The notes: a model not told the origin generated them from the letters alone. 63,831 bases of DNA, filler included, from Octopus bimaculoides (GCF_001194135.2; 4 parts of 4 records of this genome joined end to end with filler, not necessarily neighbours in it), one strand, 5' to 3'. Positions 38,060 through 50,600 are shown, numbered from the whole stretch's first letter. Numbers and translations: made by a program.

Positions 38060-39060
38060 AGGTGATGCAGTACAACCATTTCAAACCCAACAATCCAGAG
38101 GCATCGTACATTCTACCTTTCACTCTGAGTGAGAGGCCCTTTGTCACCAGCAGGGGTAGAAGCTGTCTGAACTTTGCCCAGGCAGTTCTTATTCTAGTGG
38201 TAATACTCTCTGAGCATCCATCCCCACTACAGACTTGGTCACCTAGGTAGCAGAAGCTGTCAACTACTTCTAGTTTCTACCCCTGGCATGTGATGGAATC
38301 TTTTTTCTGAGCATCTGTGGTGTTTATTGCCCCGGTGCATTTGCTGCACACGAAAGCTATCTTCCCGGTTAACCTTCCTTTGATGTTGCTGCACCTGTTA
38401 TGTAGCCATAGTTTACACTGGTCACATTGTATGGAGTTTCTACCTACACCTTTTCTACAGATCGACTGGAGGGTGTGTGTGATGTGTTTGCTTTCCTACT
38501 TACTAGGATTTTTTGCTACATTGACTCTAAGGCCCTTCGATTCTAAACCTTGCTTCCACACCTGAAATTTCTTCTCTAATTCTAGTAGTGATTCTGCTAT
38601 GAGAGCCAGGTTATCAGCATAGAAGAGCTCCCAGGGGCAACCTGTCTTGAATTCCTCTGTTATTGCTTGGAGGACAATGATGAATAAGAGGGAGCTGAGG
38701 GCTGATCCTTGGTGGACCCCTACTTTTACCTAGAATTCTTCACTATACTCATTGCCTAACCTTATTATTGGCATCTCCGGATAGGGCCTGTAAGCCTTTA
38801 TTAATTGTTCATCAATCCCTAGTTTCCACATTGCCCACCAGATATGGGATCGGGGAACCCTGTCAAAGGCTTTCTCCAAGTCCACAAAAGCCAAGTATAA
38901 GGGTTTATCTTTGGCTAGGTATTTCTCATGCAGTTGCCGTACCAGGAATATAGCATCAGTGGTGCTTCTACCTGGCACAAAACCGAACTGCATCTCATCT
39001 CAGCACACTCTGTCCCTAATTAGTTGGGCCATGACCCTCTCCATGACCTTTATCACCTGA
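38060..39060 (-). mobile_element. RTE-clade LINE RT fragment
   Basis: MQFGFVPGRSTTDAIFLVRQLHEKYLAKDKPLYLAFVDLEKAFDRVP; QGSALSSLLFIIV and PWELFYADNL downstream. Confidence 0.92.
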
Positions 39061-39095
39061 TAAAATATATAAAAGTATTAAAATATGTAATATGC

Positions 39096-39693
39096 ATGGA
39101 TCTTCGTGGTTTTTGTCACTGCTTACTATTTTGTTCCAATTGTTTTCAAATTTGGAGTATGGATTAAGTTTTGTATATTAATTATGAAAATGAAATTCAT
39201 TTTCCCTATAAATCCATAATTGAAAAGTTATTAGCCTTTAAAATTTGCAAAATTTGGGTATTTTAGCAAATCAGAAGCAAGTATTTTACACATCACCATG
39301 GCGAAAATTTCTATTTCCATAGTAACCAAAGCAAAGAAGCACCACATGTTGCGTAGCTGATTGCAAAGAACTGTTTCCATAGTAACCAAAGATGCTGTGC
39401 ATGCACACAAGGAGGAGAAGGAGATATGAAAAAGATAATTTATTTCATAAAATCCTAGTTTAATATTTTGACATGCCGATGTCTCCCTCCTTGCTGATGA
39501 TGGAAGAGGCAGCGAACATGCTGTTTTCTGATTGGCTGAAAATTCTGAAAATTATCAAACTTTGAATACCTGTAACATTTTTGCAAAATTTTTCTAGAAT
39601 GTATAAATAACAAATCTGTTATTCATTTATATGATACATTAAAAAATTTTTGAAAGATAATTGTAAACAGTGACGAAAACCACAAAGATCCAT
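39096..39693. mobile_element. ~600-bp MITE with ~36-bp terminal inverted repeats
   Basis: ATGGATCTTCGTGGTTTTTGTCACTGCTTACTATT versus the reverse complement of AATTGTAAACAGTGACGAAAACCACAAAGATCCAT (4 mismatches). Confidence 0.8.
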
Positions 39694-41674
39694 ATGCACA
39701 TATAAAAGATAAAAATAATAATAAAATAAGTAAAAGTAAATAATATTAATAAAAATTAAATAAAAATGATAAAATATATTCAGACTATGTTAAGTCATAC
39801 AGACCTCAATAAAATAATAAAAAATAAGAAAAGGTAATAAATATAATAAAAGAAATAAATATTAATATTAAAATATATGAAATAAAATGAAAATAAAAAT
39901 AAAATAAAATGAAAAATATATGATATAAATAAATAAAAATATATGTGGGCAAGTTAAAAATAATAAATGAATATAATAATAAATAAATAAAACTAAAAAT
40001 AAAGGTAAAAATAAGATAAAATAAAAATAAAACCGTTATGAACAGATGTGAATTGCGTATGTTAATTTGTGTGTGCATGGATGTTTATTGTCTACGTTAA
40101 TTTGTGTGTGTGTGTGTATGCATGTTATTAAATATATTTGGGTAAGATGAAAATAAGAGTAAATAAAAAATAATAAAAACAATAATAAATATAAATAAAT
40201 AAAAATAGAAATAAAGTAGAAATTTAAGTAAGAATGAAAGTAAGATAAAAATGAAGATAAAAGATAAAAAATAAAATCATTATAAATATGGATGTCTATC
40301 GTCTAAATTAATTTATGTGTGTGTGTGTGCGTGTGTGTGTGTGTGTGTGTATGGATGTTTATTGTCTAGGTTGATTTTTGGTGTGTGTTTATGCATGTTA
40401 GTAAAAAAGCTTATCTAATCAAATTTATTTATAAATGCATTTGTCTATAATTCTGAAATTCAAATAGTATTATTTAGTATTATCGATAGATTTACAATTT
40501 AAATTTTAAAATATCATGTATTATATTAGACGGTCAATTATTAAAGATTAGTACTCAATATTATGATTAATTGAACTCTTAAGTAATATGTTATATATTA
40601 TATATATTACTATTTATATTTTATATTCAGTTTATAGATTAAGTTATAGTTATTATATTATGTTTATATTTAAGATATTCAATTTTGTTATTTATTCATT
40701 ATATTTTCTAAAAACAAATTTAGAGTAATGATTACAAGTTGAAATCTCCTCTTTTCTTGAATTAAGAAGTTTGTGTTTAGATATTAGGATCTAAGAAACC
40801 TCTTTATTTTTATCAACATTTATTATTTACTTTTACTTATTTAATTTTTTTTTAGTTTTATTTTTATATGCGCATCTCATTTTATTTTATATCTTAAGAA
40901 AAATATTAACGCACACACATACACACATGCGCATGCAAAAATAACTAAACATACGCTTATCTACTTAGTCTGTTAGAATGTCTCAACAGGTTAACATGTA
41001 ACTTCCTTAATGTCCTTTCACCCTGATGATATTCCACTCAAAATCTTCAGTTGAGTGTGAATTGAAATAACTGTAGGCAATGTTAATTAATAAATTAATT
41101 TTAGTCATTAAATTTCTCCATATTTAACTGTGTATATATATATATATATNNNNNNNNNNNNNNNNNNNNNNNNNNNNNNNNNNNNNNNNNNNNNNNNNNN
41201 NNNNNNNNNNNNNNNNNNNNNNNNNNNNNNNNNNNNNNNNNNNNNNNNNNNNNNNNNNNNNNNNNNNNNNNNNNNNNNNNNNNNNNNNNNNNNNNNNNNN
41301 NNNNNNNNNNNNNNNNNNNNNNNNNNNNNNNNNNNNNNNNNNNNNNNNNNNNNNNNNNNNNNNNNNNNNNNNNNNNNNNNNNNNNNNNNNNNNNNNNNNN
41401 NNNNNNNNNNNNNNNNNNNNNNNNNNNNNNNNNNNNNNNNNNNNNNNNNNNNNNNNNNNNNNNNNNNNNNNNNNNNNNNNNNNNNNNNNNNNNNNNNNNN
41501 NNNNNNNNNNNNNNNNNNNNNNNNNNNNNNNNNNNNNNNNNNNNNNNNNNNNNNNNNNNNNNNNNNNNNNNNNNNNNNNNNNNNNNNNNNNNNNNNNNNN
41601 NNNNNNNNNNNNNNNNNNNNNNNNNNNNNNNNNNNNNNNNNNNNNNNNNNNNNNNNNNNNNNNNNNNATATGGT

Positions 41675-42050
41675 GGAGGCGCAATGGCCCAGTGGTTAGG
41701 GCAGCGGACTCGCAGTCAAAGGATCGCAGTTTTGATTTCCAGACCAGGCGTTGTGAGTGTTTGAGCAAAAACACCTAAAGCTCCACGAGGCTCCGGCAGG
41801 GGATGGTGATGAACCCTGCTGTATTCTTCCACCACAACTTTCTCTCACTCTTACTTCCTGTTTCTGTTGTACCTGTAATTCAAAGGGTCAGCCTTGTCAC
41901 ACTGTGTCACGCTGAATATTCCCCAAGAACTACGTTAAGGGTATACGTGTCTGTGGAGTGCTCAGTCACTTGCACATTAATTTCACGAGCAGGCTGTTCC
42001 GTTGATCAGATCAAATGGAACTCTCTACGTTGTAAGTGACGGAGTGCCAA
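41675..42050 (+). mobile_element. tRNA-derived SINE (fourth family); partial inverted copy at 53045-53272
   Basis: GGAGGCGCAATGGCCCAGTGGTTAGGGCAGCGGACTCGC head; body shared with 53045-53272 and 30460-30550. Confidence 0.85.
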
Positions 42051-42262
42051 CAACTACTATATATGCATGAGTGTGTGTATTATATATGTACACACACACA
42101 CATACACACATTATATTATGTATAATATTATGGATACATTGCATTTATTATATTGTAACATATATATTATAAATATTATATATTACGTTATATATTACAT
42201 ATTTCTTACACACACACACACACACACATTATAGCTATATAATAAATATTTATCAATTTCAG

Positions 42263-42377
42263 AGGAATTTCTTCTATAATTTCTTTGACTTCTCCGATGT
42301 TGTCAGTTACAAAGATTTCGATTCGTCTGCTTGTTACAATCAAACCAAAGACATAGTGTTCAAGATTACATATAAAG
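42263..42377 (+). CDS. Exon C (phase 0 to 1): RNFFYNFFDFSDVVSYKDFDSSACYNQTKDIVFKITYK(G)
   Basis: CAATTTCAG acceptor and AAG|GTGAGA donor. Not in the ORF track; it supplies exactly the phase change needed between exons B and D. Confidence 0.88.
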
Positions 42378-43204
42378 GTGAGAGTCAAAGTTTTGCTTCA
42401 TATTATATGTACAATCGCTTCCTATGATATGCTAACATGTAAATACATGAGTGTGCACAAGTGCACATGCAATCACACATGCACGTACATACACACAATT
42501 GCTACTGCAAGTTTTGTAGGCCCCCAACGAGAGCACGACTCCCTCAGACTTCTAGAATGCTGAATGGAGAGATCTAGGAAGTCGAAGATGGCTACTTGAA
42601 TATATATATATATATATATATATACTTTATTTAAAAGCAGCAGAAATATAACATATATATATATATATAATAATATAAATATTATATAAATATATGCATA
42701 TATCCATACATATATGTACATATCTACATCTATATGTATACATAAAAAAAATGTCAAACACAATGAGAAACGAAAACAGAAAACGAACTTTTTTCGAACA
42801 ACAAAAAAAACAAGCAGAGAAACGAGACATGCAGCATAAAGAGTATAACCCTTCGTCAGTTGTCCTTGTTCCATCTACTCCGCAGCCGTCTAAGCATCCA
42901 TAAGTCAGAAAAAATATGAACTCATATATTTGTCAATAGAGTGGGTATATCAATTGAAGTGCATAACATTATATATCCATAATGGATGTATATTACTGTA
43001 CACTTCGATTTATGTATATATATATATAAATAATACAAAATGGGACAAGAATGCAAAACTTCCAGACAGTTAGGTGATACAAGAAAGGGACAACAAGACA
43101 TCCCAATAGACGATACAAAGAAAACAAGGACAGGTCATTCGGAGTTTTCTTTCCTCAGTCGAGATCCAGATTATCTTTGCAATTTCGGCTGGTCATTAAC
43201 ATCA

Positions 43205-43239
<35 letters not shown>

Positions 43240-44050
43240 NNNNNNNNNNNNNNNNNNNNNNNNNNNNNNNNNNNNNNNNNNNNNNNNNNNNNNNNNNNNN
43301 NNNNNNNNNNNNNNNNNNNNNNNNNNNNNNNNNNNNNNNNNNNNNNNNNNNNNNNNNNNNNNNNNNNNNNNNNNNNNNNNNNNNNNNNNNNNNNNNNNNN
43401 NNNNNNNNNNNNNNNNNNNNNNNNNNNNNNNNNNNNNNNNNNNNNNNNNNNNNNNNNNNNNNNNNNNNNNNNNNNNNNNNNNNNNNNNNNNNNNNNNNNN
43501 NNNNNNNNNNNNNNNNNNNNNNNNNNNNNNNNNNNNNNNNNNNNNNNNNNNNNNNNNNNNNNNNNNNNNNNNNNNNNNNNNNNNNNNNNNNNNNNNNNNN
43601 NNNNNNNNNNNNNNNNNNNNNNNNNNNNNNNNNNNNNNNNNNNNNNNNNNNNNNNNNNNNNNNNNNNNNNNNNNNNNNNNNNNNNNNNNNNNNNNNNNNN
43701 NNNNNNNNNNNNNNNNNNNNNNNNNNNNNNNNNNNNNNNNNNNNNNNNNNNNNNNNNNNNNNNNNNNNNNNNNNNNNNNNNNNNNNNNNNNNNNNNNNNN
43801 NNNNNNNNNNNNNNNNNNNNNNNNNNNNNNNNNNNNNNNNNNNNNNNNNNNNNNNNNNNNNNNNNNNNNNNNNNNNNNNNNNNNNNNNNNNNNNNNNNNN
43901 NNNNNNNNNNNNNNNNNNNNNNNNNNNNNNNNNNNNNNNNNNNNNNNNNNNNNNNNNNNNNNNNNNNNNNNNNNNNNNNNNNNNNNNNNNNNNNCATAAA
44001 TTCACAACACATCATATATATATATATATATGTTGTTGTTGTTGTTGTTA

Positions 44051-44138
<88 letters not shown>

Positions 44139-44594
44139 GGCGGCGAGCTGGCAGAATCGTTAGCATGCCTGACGAAATGCTTAGCGGTTTTTCGTCTGCC
44201 GCTACGAGCTCAGTTTTGCCAAGGTTGACTTTGCCTTTCATCCTTTTGTGGGGGTCTTTAAAATAAGTACCAGTTGAATACTGGGATCGATGTAATCGAC
44301 TCATCCCCACCTCCCCCAAGATGCTCTAGTGGCAAAAATTTGAAATAATAATAATAATAATAATAATTATTATTATTGTTAAAGTGATGAGCTGGCAGGA
44401 TCGTTAACACAATGGACAGAAAGCTTAGAAGTATTTCGCCTGTTGCTACATTCTGAGTTCAAATTCTGCAAAAGTCGACTTTGCCTTTCATCCTTTCGGG
44501 GTCGATAAACTTAGTACCAGTTATGCACTGGGGTCGATGCAATCGACTAGCTCCCTCCCCTAAAATTTCAGGCCTTGTCTCTGTAGTAGAAAGG

Positions 44595-44595
<1 letters not shown>
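44139..44595 (+). mobile_element. Two tandem SINE copies between (ATT)n tracts
   Basis: GGCGGCGAGCTGGCAGAATCGTTAGC head at 44139; second head at ~44384; core CCTTTCATCCTTTCGGGGTCGATAAA. Confidence 0.9.
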
Positions 44596-44678
<83 letters not shown>

Positions 44679-44679
44679 T

Positions 44680-45065
44680 TCTAGTTAATTTGCATTTGAT
44701 TTCACCTGACCAGATCTCAACCAGAGACTTAAGGCACGTATGTATTAGATGGAGAGAAACTTCCTGAGAGTGTGAGTGGTTGATGTCAACACGATTTTTT
44801 GAGACTCATAGATTGTTAGTTTCCCAGGGATCTGGTCAAAAAATTTGTCACTACCTTTCTTGTTCCTTCCTGGGGTACCTACAACAACAGGGGTGGTTTT
44901 GGTATTTAATCGCCACATCTCAATCTGAAGGTCCTTATATTTCGACAGTTTTTCAAATTCCTTTGTTCAGATGTTTTTATCAGTAGACACTATCATATCA
45001 ATTAACAAGCACGTTTCTTGTCTTAAGTCTTTGATGACGATGCCTGGTATGTTAGCATTTTATTA
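44680..45065 (-). mobile_element. R4/Dong-type RLE 3' end abutting (TAA)n
   Basis: ANIPGIVIKDLRQETCLLID / STDKNI*TKEFEKLSKYKDLQIEMWRLNTKTTPVVVGTPG...QKIVLTSTTHTL; the 3' UTR runs into the (ATT)n tract at 44596-44678. Confidence 0.85.
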
Positions 45066-45451
45066 CCTCCACCTTCGCTAAGGCGGAGGTATTGTTTTCA
45101 GTCATCTTTGTTTGCTTGTTTGTTTGTCCGTGGACAATATATCTCAAGAACCACTGGATAGATTTGGATGAAACATTCAGGGATGTTTGGCCTCGTGACT
45201 GGCACGTACTGATTAGATTTTGGGATTGATCCAGTACCGGACAAGGATTCTGGATTATTTTTCTTGTTTTTTTTTTTGTTTTTTTAAAAATTTTTGACAG
45301 CGGTTGAGTTCATTTTTAGTATTTGCATTTGTGACAGCAGTTGAATTTATTTCAGATATTCTCATTTTAAAAATCATCTCGGGCTAATCATTGAGAGGAC
45401 GTTGGTGTTGCCTTGGTGGAAGTTTGCATTCTCTGAGTGCTCTTGTTGTTG

Positions 45452-45506
<55 letters not shown>

Positions 45507-45574
45507 GTTGTTTTTTTTCTTCTTTCTTCAAATTTTCTCCCATTTCTCGCCGAGTGTTTTCCATACACCTATTA

Positions 45575-45642
<68 letters not shown>

Positions 45643-45674
45643 TATGTGTTTCTATTATTCTTTTCTTTTTACAG

Positions 45675-45839
45675 GCCAATATATACCATCGTTAATAAAT
45701 GCTTTTGAGAAGACAGCACACAGTCAAATAGCTGACTATGGTAAAGTTAGTCATTACAGAGTGCAAAACATGCATTTGGAATATGATGATGATTATGTGT
45801 TTCTTTTTGCCAGCATAATTGATCCGGCTCCCCCAGAGA
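45675..45839 (+). CDS. Exon D (phase 1 to 1): GQYIPSLINAFEKTAHSQIADYGKVSHYRVQNMHLEYDDDYVFLFASIIDPAPPE
   Basis: TTTTCTTTTTACAG acceptor and GA|GTGAGT donor; 165 bp open. Confidence 0.9.
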
Positions 45840-45873
45840 GTGAGTATGTCCTCTACAACTCTCTCTCTCTCTG

Positions 45874-45906
<33 letters not shown>

Positions 45907-46013
45907 ATATTAATATTTCTATTTTTGAAAAACCAGTGGATGTTTTCCACTGAATACATGTAAATAAACCTTCGAACAGACAGTCAACAGCGATGCCTGA
46001 TGGGTTCGGCTAC

Positions 46014-46056
46014 TCCACATTAATAAGGGGCAATCACCCTGAAACTAGTCTGTGGA
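46014..46056 (+). ncRNA. Decayed minimal type I hammerhead ribozyme (Penelope-type)
   Basis: TCCACA-[TTAATAA]-GGGG-caatca-CCCT-GAAAC-TA-GTC-TGTGGA. Helices I and II, the GAAA core, palindromic helix III (ACTAGT) and the GTC site are all in place; CTGATGA is mutated to TTAATAA. Confidence 0.7.
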
Positions 46057-46862
46057 TGTTGAACCAGCAAAGGGAAGCTGCTGACCTCCCCTGTTTGAAG
46101 GTTGTAATGGACATAGGTTTGTGTGTCACATAGCTAGCCAGAGGCAATGGCCTCTTGGAACTAATCAACGGCAGCATTCATCCTATTTTCCTGGACTGCC
46201 CTGTTAGCTTGGCGATAACTATTAGTTTCCAGTACTGCTGCCGTAGTTTCCTTTAGAGAGATTTAGAAATATTAATATATATAGATATATACATCAAGTT
46301 TTCATGTGTATGTAACTACAGATAACCACCAAAATGTATTCTAATCAAAATAAGCGAAATGGAGATTAAAGAATGAGGTACCATTTGACAAATCACTTGA
46401 CAAGGCAGATCTGCACCAAATGATGTACCACAACTATTTGTACAGCATCTTACGCACAAGGAACCAATACACAATGAGTTGAGACAATTGTAGTGATTAA
46501 TAAAGAATCTTGTGAATTCTTTCTCTTTTTCTTGTATGTTATAAATTCTACGAACATGAAAGAATTCCTGAAGTAAATCCAATGGCATTTATATCGATAC
46601 TGTTGATGACATTAGGTAGCTGAATACAGTGAACAAGCTTTAAACAGCGTACTACAAGGTGTATACCCAAGTTTAAGATTATTACTTAAATATACATTGT
46701 AGATATAATAAGGTCTGTTAACTGGAAATTGGGGTGGGGTTCTTTAATAAATTCAGTCTCATCCATTCTACCTTCCCATATGTTTGTAGTACTTTGACCA
46801 ATATTCTTTGGTGTTGGGTCAGTCTTAGAAACAAATTAAATCATTCTTTCTATATTTTGCAG

Positions 46863-47090
46863 CTTTATTTACACTGCATGAAAATAAAATGATAAAATCT
46901 AAAACAAACCGGCTTCTAATGTTCAAACACTTCACAGTGAATTTGTGTGCAGAGGAGTGTGTTGAGTATACTGGCTGTTATGGATTCGAACTGTCAGCAG
47001 ATAGTGTGTGCACTCTAACTGTTATGAAGTTCTCCGAGGAAAAGGCTGACAGTCAGTTGCAAGATAGCCAAGGAACCAACTTTTATGCCA
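46863..47090 (+). CDS. Exon E (phase 1 to 1), PAN/apple domain: LFTLHENKMIKSKTNRLLMFKHFTVNLCAEECVEYTGCYGFELSADSVCTLTVMKFSEEKADSQLQDSQGTNFYA
   Basis: TATTTTGCAG acceptor and CCA|GTAAGT donor. C-x3-C-x5-C-x2-F-x7-C-x-L with N-terminal F and C-terminal FY is the 4-Cys PAN pattern; symmetric phase-1 exon as is typical of shuffled extracellular modules. Confidence 0.92.
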
Positions 47091-47160
47091 GTAAGTTCTT
47101 CTTCTTCTTCTTCTTCTTCTTCTTCTTCTTCTTCTTCTTCTTCTTCTTCTTCTTCTTCTT

Positions 47161-47199
<39 letters not shown>

Positions 47200-47341
47200 T
47201 TTACTTGTTACTGTTGTTTTTCTTCTTCCTCTTCTGCTTATTCTTCCTCTTCTGCTTATTCTCTCTCTTCTTTTTGAGTGGGATTGTACAGAAACTGTAT
47301 AGAAGCCCATCATACATGCATGCATATATATGTATTGTAAA

Positions 47342-47407
47342 TGTCATTAGGAGGTCCATGTTAACACACAGAAGATTCTGTGTGTTAACATGAGCCTCCA
47401 AATGACA
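47342..47407. repeat. 66-nt hairpin formed by inverted duplication of a repeat end
   Basis: CATGTTAACACACAGAA (47357-47373) and TTCTGTGTGTTAACATG (47376-47392) pair perfectly, and the stem extends imperfectly to TGTCATT/AATGACA. Confidence 0.9.
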
Positions 47408-47616
47408 ATGCAAACTTCATATAATGAAGACACCCTTGGCCTGAATGATAGCCTGCAGTATACACTTTGCCTGGATAGTTACTACTTCTGAGGTTCCACT
47501 TGTTATGAAAAATATCAGCTCCATTCCTTAACTCTTGGATTTTAATTTGCCTGTCAGGCAACCCTGGCTGCCAACCATGGACTATAGAATAACTTTTTTC
47601 AGCTTATTATACTTCA

Positions 47617-50600
47617 ATCATCATCATCATCATCGTCGTCGTCGTCGTTGTTTAACGTCTGCTTTCTATACTGGCATGGGTTGGACGGATTGACTGAGAG
47701 CTGGCGAGCCAGAAGGCTGCACCAGGCTCCAATCTTATCTGGGAAAGTTGGATGCCCTTCCTAATGCCAGCCACTCTGAGAGTGTAGTGGGTGCTTTTAC
47801 TTGCTACCAGCATGAGGGCCAGTCAGGTAGTACTGGCATCGACCTTGCTCAAATGGTGCTTTTTACAAGCCACCTGCACAGGAGCCAGTCCGGCGGCACT
47901 GGCAACGACCACGCTTGAATGGTATTTTTTATGTGCCACTGGCACAGGAGCCAGTCAGGTGACGCTAGCGACGATCACGTTCAAATGGTGCTTTTTACAT
48001 GCCATCGGTACAGGAGCCAGTCAGTAGTCCTGGCAATGATCAAGCTTCAATGGTGCTTTTAATGTTCCACTGGCACAGGTGCCAATCAGGCAGTACTGTC
48101 ATCAGCCACAACAATGATTTCACTTCCCTCAACAGGTCTTCGCAAGTGTAGTTTACTGTCCAATGATTGAAGGGTACTCTTAAGTGGGCTGGTTATGCAG
48201 CACTGGCATAGGCCATGGTTATGGTCTCACTTGGCTTGCTGGGTATTCTCAAGCACAGCATATCTCCAAATGTCTCAGTCACTTGTCATTGCCTCGGTGA
48301 GGCCCAATGTTTGAAGGTCATGCTTCACCACCTCATCCCAGGTCTTCCTGAGTCTACCTCTTCTACAGGTTCCCTCAACTGCTAAGGTGTGACACTTTTT
48401 CACACAGCTGATCTCATTTATTCACAACACATGATCATACCAGCGCAGTCGTCTCTCTTGCACACCACATCTGATGCTTCTTATGTCCAACTTTTCTCTC
48501 AGGGCGCTTACACTCTGCCGTGTATGCACACTGACATTACACATCCAGCAGAGCATACTGGCTTCATTTCTTGCAAGCTTACACATGTACTCAGCAGTCA
48601 TGGCCCATATTTCACTGCCATGTAGTATGGCTGTTCACATACGTGTCATACAGTCTACCTTTTACTCTGAGTGAGAGGCCCTTTGTCACCAGCAAAAGTA
48701 GGAGCTCTCTGAACTTTGCCCAGGTTATTCTTATTCTAGCAGCTACACTTTCAGAGCATCCACCCCTGCTACTGAATTGGTCACCAGGTGACAGAAACTA
48801 TCAACAACTTGTAGTTTTTCCCCCTGGAATGTGATGGAAGCTGTTCTCTGCACATTTTCAGCATTTATTGCTCCTGAGCATTTGCCACACAAAAAACTAT
48901 CTTCCCAGTTAGCCTTCCTTTGATATTGCTGCACTTCTTATGTGACCATAGCTTACACTGGGTACACCTTAAGGAGTTTCTACCTACACCTTTTCTACAG
49001 ATCGAGCAGGGTCATTTACCTGAAGGAATTTGTAGTTTGTCTGCCTTCCTACTTATTAAGACTTTGGTTTTAGCTAGGTTGACTCTAAGGCCCTTTGATT
49101 CTAATTCTTGCTTCCACACCTGAAACTTCTCCTCTAGTTCTGATAATGACTCAGCAATTAGAGCAAGGTCGTCAGCATAGAGGAGCTCCCAGGGGCATCT
49201 TGTCTTATATTCCTCTGTTATTGCCTGGAGGACTATGATGATTAAGGGTGGGGGGCTGAGGACTGATCCTTGGTTCACCCTTACCCCTACCCGGAATTCT
49301 TCACTGTACTAGTCGCCAACCTTCATCTTACTGACAGCGTCCCTGTACATGGCTTGTACAGCTCTCACTAACCACTCATCTATCCCTAGTTTCCGCATTG
49401 ACCACCAGATAAGGGATCAGGGGACCCTGTCAAAGGCTTTCTCCATGTCAACGAAAGCCAGGTACAGAAGTTTATCTTTGGTTAGGTATTTCTTCTGCAG
49501 CTGTCTTACCAGAAATATAGCATCAGTGGTGCTTTTCCCTGGCATAAACCCAAACCGCATCTCATCTAGACTGACTCTCTCCCCAATTAGTTGGGCTATG
49601 ATCCTCTCTATGACTTTCATCGCCTGATCCAACAACTTGATACCTCTGTAATTATTTGTGTCTAATGCGCAACCTTTGTAGCAGTTGACTATGGTGCTAT
49701 AGTCACCTGGTTGACAATACGGGTGACTAGACTATAACTGACACCACCAGATATTTTAAACATCTTTGCAGTGATTCCTTGTGAGCCAGGGGCTTTCCCT
49801 GTCTTCATACCCTTAATTGCTTTCTCCACCAAGGTACTGTCAATTCAGATAGCTGGTCCCTCTGTTGGGTCAACATTCAGCAAACTCTCTTTCTCTCATT
49901 CATTCTCTTTATTTAGCAACCTTTCATAGTGGTGTCTCCAAGCCTCTCTCCTTGCAGCTTCATTAGATGCAAGTGAACCGTCATCCATGCGTACACATTT
50001 CTCTCCTATGACATCACGATTCTCTCATGCACTATCATGCAACATAAAATATTTCAAGTCTTTGGTCCTCACGACGCAGAGCATTGGCAAATTTTTTCTT
50101 ATCTGCTTCCCCTCTGGCTAAATAAACCTGTCTCCTAGCTCTCCTTCTGGCAGTCTGATACAGTTCCCCGCTACCACCATTCTTCCAGTCCTTCCATGCC
50201 TGTTTCTTTTTCCTAATGGCCCTGTCAACTACATTGTTCCACCACCACGTTACTTTGGGTTGAGAGGGGACTTTGCAACATCCACACATCTCATCAGTGG
50301 CCCTCAACAGGTTGTCCCATAGAAACCTCCAGTTGTCTTCCACATCATGTGATGCTATATCCCCCTCTATTTTGTCAAAAGCTTCGAGTAATATGTCTCT
50401 AAATCTCTGTCCATTCACAGGATCCTTAATCTTCCAAACCCTTCTCCTCCAAGTTGGTTGTCTTATGGGCATCCATTTAGCTCTGATCCTGAAGTCGCTA
50501 ACTACTGATTTATGTTGTGGGGTGCATTCTACGCCTGGGAAGGTTTTGGCATTTATAAGTAGCCATCTTTCCCATTTCCTGGTGAGGATGTAGTCAATTT

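Noticed and set aside
39700-40960. Purine-skewed AT-rich block with internal duplications
   Set aside because: Low-complexity; the hydrophobic ORF at 39806-40078 reflects base composition only.
42840-43205. CTGACGA / CTGAGGA motifs in Penelope-like terminal sequence
   Set aside because: No compatible GAAA and helices could be built in any hammerhead topology.
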